From: Raja brachyura
Taxonomy: Eukaryota
Length of the DNA stretch: 64,000 nt
Assembly (NCBI GenBank): GCA_963514005.1
Contig: OY740788.1
Location: forward strand, 88,288,001 to 88,352,000
Direction: 5' to 3'
The position numbers and the translations under genes were made by a program. Of the stretch, positions 47,605-60,700 are shown one piece after another; within the stretch, counting starts at the first letter, position 1, and each line of letters begins with the position of its first letter. The notes under the pieces are model-generated. The model was given only the letters and a program-made list of their open reading frames with translations. It was not told the origin of the DNA and searched no databases.

Positions 47605-48242
47605 GTAAGTCATTGTTTGTCTACACTGACGATAACAGCAGCTCACACTTCAACCTTCACACAATGACTCACCGACACATGGGAATTCTGTACCACTCCC
47701 AGTAAAACAGAGAGTGGAGAAGTTATCCTTGGAGCGTAAAGTGCAACAGCAAGGAAATAGATAAATGTGCAAAAGGACGAGTACAAGGGAACAAAAATCA
47801 AAAGTGTAAAAAGTCTCCGCAAATGTTTTTTGGGTGAACAACCCTTTGGGTTTGAGTTGTCAGAGATGGAAGATATTACCAACTAACAGCATAAAGTCAA
47901 ATAGTCATAATGTGTGGGAACGTGCTCTTCTGCCCAACTTGCCCACACCGGCCAACATGTCCCAGCTACACTAGTCCCATCTGCCTGCATTTGGCCCATA
48001 TCCCTCCTGAAACAAATCAGAATACGGAGAGAAAGAGGATAATTTCATACGAGGAATAGATTAGCCCATAAAATCCAAAAGATGTATAAGTACATGGGAG
48101 AAGAAATATTATGAAATGCTCAGGAAAAAGGCAAGCTTGAGTTTTAGAGTTTGAGTTTAGTTTATTGTCTTAACGTGCTCTTCTGCCAAACTTGCCCACA
48201 CCGGCCAACATGTCCCAGCTACACTAGAATAGAATAGAATAG

Positions 48243-51200
48243 AATAGTAAGATTAAATGAGAACTTACCAGATTGAAGTTTGATCTTTATTTTATGAGGA
48301 GTTACGATGAGCGATTAAGTGAAGACACCGCCAGTCCGCATGCGTGTCAATCTTCAAAGCAGCGGTGTGAAATCACAGATAACAGTAACTGAAGTAACAT
48401 AGTAAGATTATAAACCAGACCTTCCAGTTGACCTTTATGATATCGAGGGCCGGGAGCGGTGGGCACGTAATCGCTCATCGTAACTCCTCATGAAATAAAG
48501 ATCAAACTTCAAACTGGTAAGTTCTCGTTTAATCTTACTATTTTACTTCGGAGTCACATGAGTGATTCCATGAAGATTTCAAAGCTCTGTGATTTCATGC
48601 CATAAATACGAATCCAGGCGTCTCACACTGCATCAGGAGGAGTGAATAATGAGCAATACATTGAAACATGATACTGATTAACATGTTGCTGCTTTAATTC
48701 ACAAAATAAACAAAAGAAAACACAATAGCGACTACTCTCTCCCAAGCTATGAAACAGAACTTAAAATGGAATGGGCGAACACCCCGGGTTCAATAAGGGG
48801 TTTATTATAAAACCTCTGAAAAGTCAATTCATTTGACCATCCTGCGGCCACGAGGATATGGTCTAGAGGGACGTCCATTGCCCTTGCTGCTGACATTGAT
48901 GCCGCCCTGGTGGAGTGAGATTTAAAATTGTCAGCATTAACTCCTGCACAACCCTGCACTTGTTTCAGCCATCTTGAAATGGTCTGAACGGACACTTTCA
49001 TATGTGGCTTTTTGTGGCTAATAAACAATGCTACTTTGGAGCCTCTGAGGCTCTTGGTGACCTCGATATAACACCACAAGTGCGCCACTACACACAGCCG
49101 TAAATCCGTGGTATATGCTGTCAGGAACAAGCTTGAATCCTGACACCCCTGGTCTGCTTTGTTTAATTAGATCATAGATGTAAAACATAACGTCATTCCC
49201 TGATGACACCATCCTGTCCAGACGCAGTTTGTGCAAAGTCTGAACCCTTTGCGCTGATACCAGCGCCATGAGCATGACCAACTTTAGGGTAATCTTTGCC
49301 CGTGACAAGGATGTGGCTGGACCCCACTGACGAAGCAGCGTGAGTACCGCGCTCACATCCCAGATATCAGAGTACCTAGGCCTGGGGGGATTGGAATTAA
49401 AAACACCCTTCATAAACCTGGATATTAACGGATGAGATCCTACAGACTGAAGTTCCGACCCCAGGCATAGGTACAACGACAGGGCACTCCTGGCACTATT
49501 GATGGCACTATAGCTCAACCCTTCATCAAAATATAACTTGGACAGAAATTCTGTTACGATTGGATAGTCCCAGACCCAGATATGGCCTTCTTAGAATCTG
49601 CAAATTAACAGATTAAAACGATTATACAATGGGTGTTGATCTCCAGTCACAGGGTGCACCAATAGATCATGACGTTTTGGAACCACCATAATAGGCTGTG
49701 TAATAATGTCCGAAATGAGAGGGAACCATGGCTGTGTAGGCCAGTCGGGTACCACCAAAACTCCTGAAGCGGAGTCCTGCTTGATCTTGGTCAAGCACAG
49801 ATTGATGAGGCAGAATGGGGGAAATGCACATAAAAACATTCCGCCCCAGTGTAGCGAGAACGCATCTACCGCTACTGCCCCTGGATCTGGTTCCCATGAA
49901 ACATACTTCGGTACCTGGTGATTGAGTCTGGATGCAAACAAATTGATATCTGGCATCCCATACCGAACAACAATCGCATTAAATACATCATGATTCAACA
50001 TCCATTCTGTGTTGTCGTTGAATTTGCGTGACCTGGTGTCTGCCACCATATTGAATCTACCTGGCAAGTAGACAGCTGAAACCCAAATGTTCTTTTTAAT
50101 GCACCAGTGCCAAATAAGGTTAGCCAATCTGTCACAAGATTTCGACTTGATTCCACCCATGTGATTAACATATGCCACTGCCGTGGTGTTGTCAATCTGA
50201 AGCTGAATATGTAAGTGATGCTTAGTGATACAATAAGCCTTGAGCCCGTAAAATGCTCCTAAAAGCTCTAAATAATTAATTCCATGTGATTGGAGAATAA
50301 ATGCCTCATGCACATTCCATCTGCCTCCACAGCTAGAAATGGTATCAGTAGCACCACAACCTAGGGCACTAACATCAGTCTGCAAAACAACTAAAGGTGC
50401 TTCAATCAGAATTTTGCTAGAACAATTTGAAATGTTTCTTATCCACCACTGTACTTCAGCAATGGCTTCAAATGGTAATTGCATGGGCCGGTTGAAATGA
50501 CCTGCATGTATCCTGAGTGCCTGTACCTTTGCCCTCTGTAAATTTTGGTAATGCAAAGGTCCATACTGCACAGCTGAAATTGCAGCTACAAATTTGCCAA
50601 TCAAGCTGGCCACATGTCTAATTGAAGGTGATTGCTCCCCCAAGAGCTTGATACAGCCTTCAATTAAATCTAATCTCTTGCCCTTGCGCAGTCACAGACA
50701 TATGAGTTGAATTAACCGTGAATCCCAAATAGTCAATTACTTTAACCGGTACCAATTTTGATTTAGCTGGATGGATGAGAAACCCAATCTCTCAACCATG
50801 AGTTTAACAGCTGAAACCAATCTCAGCTGCCTCTCGGGTTTTTCCAATGATTAAGATGTCATCCAAATAAGTAATTACAATATGACCCTGAGCCCGGAGT
50901 AACCCCAGTACTGGTTTTATCAGCTTTGTAAATAATCTAGGGGCTGAGGTTAACCTATTGGGTAGTGCTTTAAATTGCCATAATTGCCCCATCTTGTTCC
51001 CTATTGCTTTTCCATTGACCTAACACAAAAGCTGTGATCGAGGACAGTCAAAAGCCCATAACTTTCTTAAAAATCTTGATTGAACTGAAAGAAATGTTCA
51101 GTTATTATAGATTGAAGTATTCTGAAACAAATATGAAACAATCTTACTTGGATGACCTGAAATTAAAGCATATAATTAGTTAGTTACCCAATTGTAGCTA

Positions 51201-53485
51201 ATTACAAAATTCAATTACTAGATCTAAACATCTATCCATTTCTTAAGAAAAGATGACCATTTTTAAATAGCGTAAGTGTCCAAATAACATTCACACAAGA
51301 ATTCACAATATAACATGATTTTAAAATCTCATTGTCATTAATTTATAGGCCAAATTGAAGGAATTTAGTGTTTAATTCCCGTAAATTAATGGCCATTTAA
51401 ATCATCTTGCGAGTGGGATTTTCTGGAACGCGATCGATTGGAACGTTGCGTTTGCAGTGAATTTAAACCCCATATCGGCAGGAAAAATACTGCCGGTTCG
51501 TATGGAGAATAAATCACCTTCTCGCAACATGAAATTTTGACTAAAGGTATCCTAAGAAGCGCTTTTTAATGAAAAAATAAACTGTGTGCCTTGTCCCCTA
51601 CGCGAGGTCCGTCCTGTTGTCGGCGTTGACGGCTTTAGAAGATGATTTTTAAATTACTACAGCAATTAAATTACCAAGCGCAATTTAAAAATCACTTCAG
51701 AGAACGGCAGTCGAAGCAATTTTTCTTCATTAACTAAATAGTAGCCTATTCAACATCGATTTGAATTGGCTTCCGAAATACCGCATTTTAAACACACCCC
51801 CCTCTCAAATGCGCCAAAGTCGCGCACACGGGCAGTGACAGAACTGCAGCGCCCCTAAAGGTAAATATTGTAACATACCTAAATATAATTTTCCAATCTC
51901 AGCTTGAACCTCCAAATTCTCCTTTTGTGAGAAAATTAATGCCCGCTCTGGTATGTGCTAAAGGTGTGGGTGGACACAGGTTGGGAATACATTCAATTTG
52001 AAACCCTTGTATACTCTGCAGTATAAACAAGTTTGATGTTATTTCATACCATTCTTTCAGAAACCAGTGTAACCTCCCCCCAACTGGTAGGTAATTCTCA
52101 CTCAATATGTTTCGACAAGAACCAGACCCACCTACCTCCATGGTTACCGGTGGAGTTCTTTGTCCGCTGGTTCTGGAGGGAAAAGGCATGTTTGCCCGTA
52201 CCCCTGCTGGAGTGTGCCTGCTGCGCACATTGAATGGCCGGCTTGGTCCTTGACCGGACCGGGTTTCAGCAAACCGCGTGTAGGGGTACTGCCTCCTAAG
52301 GGTTCTGCTGGTCCAGCTCCTTCACCCGCTTTGCGAGGTCTTGCCCCGTTTTGCGAGGTCTTCCCCGAATAGCAGATTCAGTGGCTGGATGTTGCTAGGC
52401 TCACACACGGCAGCGAACCTCGGGTTAATGGTAGGGCAGATGGCGCTCTTCCTAAGGCTGTTTATCTGAAAGTGCACATTGCACATGAGAGCCAGGGCAT
52501 CCTGCTGAACGTCAGTCAGATGCCCACCATCCACCGACCTACCGGAAGCCGTAATGCCCGATGCGAGCAGCTTCAGCACCCTTTGCAGCTTCATCTCCTG
52601 GGCCCTGATGCCTACTCCCATATGGCCCCAGATGGCATGGTTTACGGCCGGCACTTTAAGCAGGATACAATTAGCCGGGGTTTCATTCTTCTTGGCCGTT
52701 GTATCCATGGCCAGCTCCTGAAGCTGGTGCGAGGCCAAGTAATTTATACTGGCAGCCAGCTCTTCCCCCAGCGGCTCTCCGGAGTCTATTGGGACGGCAA
52801 ACCTTGCCGCCAGGAATGGGACCTCTGGCTCGTGCCCTTCATCCCTTGGGGCAGCCTCCAATGTGAAGCCCACAGATTCGGCGTCAGAATCATACTGACC
52901 CGTTATGCTCTCCTCCTCCAAGAGGGAGACACGAGGCAGCCCTGTAGGTGCTGCTGGTGTGGGCTCTTGGAGAGGCCGGCGCTCTTGATGGAGCATCTTC
53001 TCCAGTAGGAGCTCCATCCTGGAAATCCGTGACATGGTATCCATTCTCGAGGGAGAACCCTCCCGACCGGACTGGTCCGAGTCTATCGGCCGTACAGACA
53101 TTCTGGTGGCCGTACGCCCGTCCGGCGCAGCCACGGTGCTCTCAGACACCAAGTCTGTAGTCGCTGGTCTTGCTATTAGCGGCTCGGTAGATGAGCTAGG
53201 CGGCCGCCCGCTACCCGCACTCCAGCGGTCTTTAGTTACTTTTGCAACGGCTCGCCTTGCTCTTAACGATTTCTCCATGCTTGGACTTGTCCTCCTGTAA
53301 CAAGATTTAACAAGCGCAGAAACGACCTCCAACAAGTTTGACACTTACCTGGGGCTTTTTAAACTTACCGCTGGAGAAGCGCTGCTCCTCCCAGCCGGAC
53401 GCTGCGCCATGTGTCAGACGTAATGACGTGCATGCAGACTGGCGGGGTTCTTCACGGAATCACTCACGTGACTCCAAAGTAAAAT
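48243..53485 (-). mobile_element. DIRS1-type retrotransposon, second copy (gag, RT/RNase H/methyltransferase-like, tyrosine recombinase)
   Basis: ITRs and an ICR at about 48463-48575. Gag-like ORF 52322-53344. RT motif YLDD at 50804-50992. RNase H plus DLFAS/AFPPF MT-like motifs at 49591-50643. YR motifs HSTR..GWS...F.RFY at 48747-49130. Confidence 0.92.
50990..51881 (+). mobile_element. Third copy of the AT-rich TIR element, inserted in the DIRS RT with its left end missing
   Basis: Colinear with 45221-46100 and ends taacataccta. The adjacent part of the DIRS RT is deleted. Confidence 0.8.
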
Positions 53486-55102
53486 AAATAGAATGCCTTT
53501 TATTCCCATTCAAACAGCTTGGTTTGAACGAAATTGCAGTCCCAACTGCCTGCGTTTGGCCCATATCCCTCCTAAAACAAAACAGAATAAGGAGAGAAAG
53601 AGGATAACTTAAGTTATTAAAAGGAATATTAGCCCATAAAATCCAAAAGATGTATAAGTACATGGGAGAATAAATATTATGAAATGCTCAGGAAAAAGCC
53701 AAGCTTGAGTTTTAGAGTTTGAGTTCAGTTTATTGTCACGTGTACCGAGGTACAGTAAAAAGCTTTTGCGGGCTAACCAGTCAGCGGAAAGACAATACAT
53801 AATTACAATTGAGCCATCCACAGATACACGATAAAGGGAATAACGTGAATAACGTTTAGTGCTAGATAAAGCCAGTGAGTCCGATCAAAGATACTCCAAG
53901 GATCTTCAATGTAGATCTTAGTTCCAGAGGAACTCAGCAGGTCAGCCAACATCTGGGAAGGTAAATGGACCGACAGTGTTTCGGGTCAAGACCTCTTCAG
54001 ACTGATGGAGTAGGAGAGAGCTGGTGGAAAGTGGTGATGGAGGAGGGGTGGGGCAAGAGCTTGCAAGTAACAGGTAGACTCAGATATGGAAGGGTGGATT
54101 GTCAGATGAATGAGGTGCAGGAGGGATGGGGGAAGATATTAACAATGACTGGAGGTGATAAGCAGAGAAGACAAAAGATTACAAATAATGAAATCTGATA
54201 AGAAAAGATGTGAAATAAAATGTAGAACCCGAGGGCGGCTGGTGAGGTCGACCGGAACCGGAAGGTGGAGGTGATGTGGCAGATATAGGAACCCAGAGGG
54301 GCTAGTGGTGGGTAATCAATAGTGAGTGGAAAGACAGGTGTGTGTGAGAGTTTATTTTTTATCTGCACCTTCTATGTAGCTTGTTTCGTGCCTTCTGGAA
54401 GTCCAAATGCACATCAGCTAGTTCTCCCTTATCTATGTTGCCAACTACAATCTCAAAAAATTAGTTGATTTGTGGAATATGATTTCCTTTACAAGAACTT
54501 TGACTCCACCCTGTCCTGATATATTCCAAATGCCCCACTTACTTAATAATAAAATAATAATAGATGACAGCTCTTCCCTCATCCACGCTTCCCCTCATAA
54601 TCTTGTGTGCTGATCTACACTCTCAACTCATCCCTCACTTGCTGTGCTTCTTGGTTTAAAGTAAATACAGTTAAACCTACCGGTCCTCTCATGCTCCCCC
54701 TCCCATCTCTGTCAATGCTTTCACTGGGCTTGCCTGTTCCATTTTCTACATATGAGTCCGCTGTCATTCTGGGTCCCAACTCCATGTCTCACTAGTTTAA
54801 ACTCTCTTGAGTAGCAAGAGAAAACCTCTCCACAAACCCATTTTGAACTTTGTTTGGCCCCATGCACAGGTTATATAATATTGCAGGATCACTGAACTCA
54901 GTAACATTGCTCTGGTTTTAACTATCACGAGGCCCCATTCCTGCGCTGTACACATCTATGGCCCTAATCAAAATGGCTCCATTTTGCATGATTTAGTATG
55001 ACTAAAACAATTCTACAATTGTGTAGTGTTAGAACCTGTGCACTCTTCAAGCATGGTTGTGCTGAGTGGGTTTTTTTAAGAAGACATATTTTCCTATTAA
55101 AG

Positions 55103-55884
55103 ATGCAAATCCTTCGATCCTGATCCAATTCCCTAGTCCGGAGAGTGTCACTGAGGATGACACGGCATGGTTACGGTTCTCCATGGAGAACATAGTAAAT
55201 AGGTGCAGGAGGAGGCCATTTGGCCCATTCATTGTGATCATGGCTGATCATCCACAATCAATAATCCGTGCCTGTCTTTTCCCCATAACCCTTGATTCCG
55301 CTAGCCCCTTTTAAATTCATCCAGTGAATAGGCCTCTACTGCCTTCTGTGGCAGAGAATTTCACAAATTCACAACTCTCTGGGTGAAAAGGTTTTCTCTC
55401 ATCTCATTTATAATTGGCCTCCCCTTTATTCTTACACTGTGGCCCCTGGTTCTGGACTCCCCCAACATTGGGAACATTTTTTCCTGCATCTAGCTTATCC
55501 AGTCCTTTTATAATTGTATAAGTTTCTAATAGCAAGAATGTCCCTCCTCAAATCAGCAGACCAAAACTACGCACAATATTCCAGATGTGGTCTCACCAGG
55601 GCACTGTACAACTGCAGAAGGACCTCTACTCCTGAAGTGGAAAACACTGACGTCCACTGGTACCGAGAACTACCCGGGCAGGACATGGAGTGGGTTTTAA
55701 CACACGAGGCAGGAGGCAGCGTACGAAGGAGACCAGGCTTCACTGAGCGGTTCCAGCCGTTCAAAGACGTCTCCAACAGCAGCTTCATCCTGAATGTCAC
55801 AAACGTGATGCTGAATGACTGCCGTCTATTACTGCACAGTGTGGGGAGATATCAGAGGGAACGGGATCCAGATGATTGTCATTA
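55103..55884 (+). pseudogene. V4: disrupted paralogue of V2
   Basis: Acceptor ttcctattaaag|. ANPSILIQFPSPESVTEDDTAWLRFSMEN shows the B-strand Cys changed to Phe. A CR1 insert occupies 55192-55631, a 2-nt deletion precedes YYC, and the donor is atta|gtaagt. Confidence 0.9.
55192..55631 (-). mobile_element. CR1 3' fragment inserted in exon V4
   Basis: Tail and 3' UTR plus LYSALVRPHLEYC on the - strand. Confidence 0.9.
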
Positions 55885-56313
55885 GTAAGTTCAGTTTACA
55901 CAATACTAAACGATCTACGTTAGTGAAAATATAGAGCATGTCAGGGGTGGAATAGCAGTTTTGCGTGTTCATTTTTATTTCAGTTTACAATATTTACAAT
56001 ATTAAAAACATTAAAACTATTGAATCTTCTAGTTTTCATAGTCATACGGCTTTAAAACAGGCCCTTCGGCCCAACTTGCCCATACCGATTCATTTTCATG
56101 TATTTATTTTTGCTTTTTAATGAATTAGACAGACAAATAGTCATATGTTGGCTATTTGTGGAGCATCACTTTTCTGCCCTGGCTCCTAACTCCAAGCTTA
56201 CAGTCACACTTCATCTTATTGTGTTAGCCTGAATCTGACCCCACCATCTTGTGCTGACCGAACAGGGCCCCATCTTTTAACCAAGCACGGACAACAATTA
56301 ACTAAGTAATTTC

Positions 56314-57561
56314 CATATAACCATATAATAACCATATAACAATTACAGCACGGAAACAGGCCTTCTCGGCCCTTCCAGTCCGTGCCGACCATTTATTTTC
56401 CCCTAGTCCCATCTACCTGCACTCAGACCATACCCCTCCATTCCCTTCCCGTCCATATAACTATCCACTTTACTTTTAAATGTTAAAATCGATCCTGCCT
56501 CCACCACTTCTGCTGGAAGATGATTCCACACAGCCACCACTCTCTGAGTAAAGAAGTTCCCCCTCATGTTACCCCTAAACTTCTGTCCCTTAATTCTCAT
56601 GTCATGCCCTCTTGTTTGAATCTTTCCTACCCTCAATGGGAAAAGCTTATCCACGTCAACTCTGTCTATCCCTTTCATCATTTTAAAGACCTCAATCAAG
56701 TCCCCCCTTAACCTTTTGCGCTCCAAAGAATAAAGACCTAACTTGTTCAACCTTTCTCTGTAACTTAGTTGCTGGAACCCAGGCAACATTCTAGTAAATC
56801 TCCTCTGTACTCTCTCTATTTTGTTGACATCCTTCCTATAATTAGGCGACCAAAATTGTACACCATACTCCAGAATTGGTCTTACCAATGCCTTGTACAA
56901 TTTTAACATTACTTCCCTACTCCTATATTCAATGCTCTGATTTATAAAGGCCAGCACACCAAAAGCTTTCTTTACCACCCTATCTACATGCGATTCCACC
57001 TTCAGGGAACTATGCACAGTTATTCCTAGATCCCTCTGTTCCACAGCATTCCTCAATTCCCTACCATTTACCATGTACGTCCTATTTTGATTTGTCCTGC
57101 CAAGATGTAGCACCTCATACTTATCAGCATTAAACTCCATCTGCCATCTTTCATCCCACTCTTCCAAATGGCCCAAATCTCTCTGTAGACTTTGAAAATC
57201 TATTTCATTATCCACAACACCACCTATCTTAGTATAATCTGCATACTTACTTATCCAATTTTCCACCCCATCATCTAGATCATTGATATACATGACAAAC
57301 AACAGTGGACCCAACACAGATCCCTGAGGCACCCCACTGGTCACCGGCTTCCAACCTGACAAACAGCCATCCACCATTACTCTCTGGCATCTCCCATTCA
57401 GCCACTGTTGAATCCATCTTGCTACTCCGCCAACCTTGTCGAAGGCCTTACTGAAATCCATATAGACAATATCCACTGCTTTACCCTCATCAATTTCCCT
57501 AGTAATCTCTTCAAAAAAGTCAAGAAGGTTTGTCAAACATGACCTTCCAGGCACAAATCCT
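56314..57561 (-). mobile_element. CR1 LINE (ATAACCAT-tail subfamily)
   Basis: ORF 56403-57554 encodes RT. Nearly identical to 1293-2682. Confidence 0.95.
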
Positions 57562-57700
57562 GTTGGAGTCGCTCCTCACACACCCTCTTTTCTGTTACAC
57601 CACTACACCTTCTAGTAACTGTCAACATTCCTTTATTGGTAGCGGCATCTATCTATCTATATGACCTACCTACCTACCTTGCTCTACCTACCTACTTACC

Positions 57701-60700
57701 TCTCTCTAAAACTCTCATCTTCTTTGTTTTTTTGTTCCCAAAATACAGCCAAAACAGTACACGACAGCGCAACAATTTTGGGCCCACCTTACTCACCGTT
57801 GTCATGTTGTGTGCTGTAGCATGTTTTGTTCAGATTGATATATTTGAAAAGTTATTGACTTTTTTAATTTTAACAAACATGGCAGTTGCATTCCGACTTG
57901 CTGGCCACACCTGTACAGTTGGGGGAGGGTTGCCGGGGTGTCACATTGGGAACCCGTCAGCTGCGCCTGCACAATTGGCGGCTATGTGTGAGTGGTGGAC
58001 TATTGCATTGGGGGACAGGGACACAATGGGTCCGTGCTTGGTCTAGTCTATTACTAAATCTCTCATCTTTATTTGTTTGGTTGTACCCATAATGGTTCCC
58101 AAAATACAGCAAAATACAGCACATGACAGCGCAAAAATGTTAGGACCGCCTTATTCACCAATGTCCTTTGGTGTGCAGCAGCAAGTTTCATTCAGATTAA
58201 TGTTATATATTTAAAATTGACTTTTAAAATTTTAACAAACATGGCATTTGCGCTCCCACTTCGCAGCCGCGCCTGTGCAGTAAGGGGAGGGTTACCGTGA
58301 CTCGCGTCACCACAGGGATCTCTGGCGTCAAAACAGGAACCCGTCTTCCGGTGGCACTATGGAGTAGGTGGAACTCGCGCCATCCAGCTCCATAAAAATT
58401 GTATAAAAAATGGGAGAAAACGGGGTGATCTAAAGCCACTTACCAGAGAGGAACGTCTGTGAACTGCACCGGCAGCTTGATAAGGTGCGTGACGTCATCA
58501 GGCGCGCGACTTTACCGACGGTAATGTCGATTCAACGAACCCCCCCCAAACTGAAAAAAATAGTGCCGAAAAAAGAAGTAGGCCCAGCTGAAGCCTCGGC
58601 CTCGAGTTTGACTCGCTCTCTGGAGGATATTCCAAGGAAGAAATCTGAAATGGAAGATCTGAAAACTACTATTATGGGTGAGCTGAAAAAAATGACAAAG
58701 GAATCTAAAGAAGATTTAAAGTTACTTAGAGCTGATATTGAATTGTTTAAAGAACAAGTTAAAGATGAACTGAAAAAAGAAGTAATAACCACAGTAGAAA
58801 CTATGATGGATGAATGGAAGATAAAAGCGGATGCTGATCTGAAATAACAGATGGATGAAGTAAATCTCAAAGTTGGTGGGATGGAATCTGCGTTTGATCT
58901 CAAGTTGGAACCCATTATAAGATCACTAGATCAACAACACGAAGCAATAAAGGAACTGACCAGTATTGCTGACTCAAGTGCTAAGGCGAATGAGAAACTT
59001 CTCTCCGAGAACAAGCGTTTAACAGATTTATTGAATAAAATAACTGAGAAATGTATTGACTTGGAGGGAAGAGAAAATGCGCCAGAACCTGCGTATCGTT
59101 GGAGTGCGTGAAGGCGAGGAGGGAGTACAAGACACCAGAGAATTTGCTGCAAATCTTCTGAAAAATGTCTTGAATCTGGAGCAAGTACCCCTGCTTGGCC
59201 GAGCGCACAGGGCACTGAGACGACGCTCAAAGACGGGCTCACCCCCAGGACAACTGATTGTGAAGGTGATTTATGATCATGTTTTGGAAGATATGATGAA
59301 GATAATAATTCGTAAGAAGAATCTGTTTTATGACGGCGACAAGATCAACATATTCAGAGATTATCCTGCGGAAGTGGCCAAGAGAAGAGCCTTATTTACA
59401 GAAACAAGAAACATCCTCAAGAATATAAGTGGTCTGAAATATGGCCTGATGTATCCTGCCACACTACGAGTAAGCTATGATAATAAAGAGCATCATTTTA
59501 TCAAGCATACTGAAGCGCTTGAGTTAGCTTGTAATATCAAGAAGAAGCTGGAAGAGGAAGAAGAAGTAGTGGAAATACCGGGAGAAGAAGAAGATGAGGA
59601 TGAAGAATAACTAACTTGAATTATATTCAACACTTACCTGATGTTGCCGTTTACCCAGAGAGAAGGAGGAAGAATGATGAACTTTTAAAATTATTGGACA
59701 TGGAGAGTTTAATGATTATTAATAATAAACTAATATACAATAGAAATAGTTTAGTATTAATCATTACTTACAAATGTATGTTATTCCTCCTTAAATAGTT
59801 TAAATCGATAGTAGTAGTTAAAAATAATAAAGCATTAATAAGCACAGAAATTTAACGCCCCGCCCTTAAATATATTGCCCTTAAGGCATTTACGGAGCTG
59901 GAATTATAAACATCTTTTTTTTACTAACGGAAGTCCGTAGATTAACAGCCACGCTAGTGTGGCTTACACTAACCGCACTTAATTTAGTAGTAGTCACTCT
60001 TTTTCCCCTGCACTTTTCTATTAACATTATTCATTTTTTTAATCCTTATTTTTATTTTGTTTTTTATATGTTATACACTGTATTATATTACTTTACTTAT
60101 GAATGGTATTATACAGTAGACTCGAAGAGATATGTATGTAAGAAAAAGTTATTAGTATTAACATTTGTTGATCACAAACTAGGGTATGAAATTGGGATGA
60201 ATATGCTGAGGCATCTACCTCATTATAATCAACCTTAATACTAAAATGCAAGACATTAACAGGAAAAATGGGGGTGATGGAATCACCTTCTGAGGTTGGA
60301 ATGTAAAGGGAATTAACGAACCAATTAAAAGAGGTAAGATTTTGGCTCAGTTAAATAGAATTAAATCAGACATAATTTATCTTCAAGAGACACGTAAAAA
60401 AAGACGCACAATATAGACTAACGGCAAATTGGATTTCTAGAGTGTACCATTCTTCATTTACTGATAAATCTAGAGGAGTTGCTATACTTATTCGTAAGGG
60501 TATCCAATTTAAACATAGCTCAATAATAGAAGATCCTGAAGGTAGATAGATAATAGTTACCGGTGAATTATACTCGAAGAAAGTTGTACTTATGAATATA
60601 TATGGACCTAATTTTGATAATCCGTTGTTTTTTAAGAAAATATTTAACACTATTCCTATAGTTACACAACATAATTTAATAATCGGGGGTGACTCAAATT

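Noticed and set aside
1293-57561. Near-identical CR1 copies at 1.3 kb and 56.3 kb as a segmental duplication
   Set aside because: Similarity stops at the element ends and the internal deletions differ. They are simply members of the same young subfamily.
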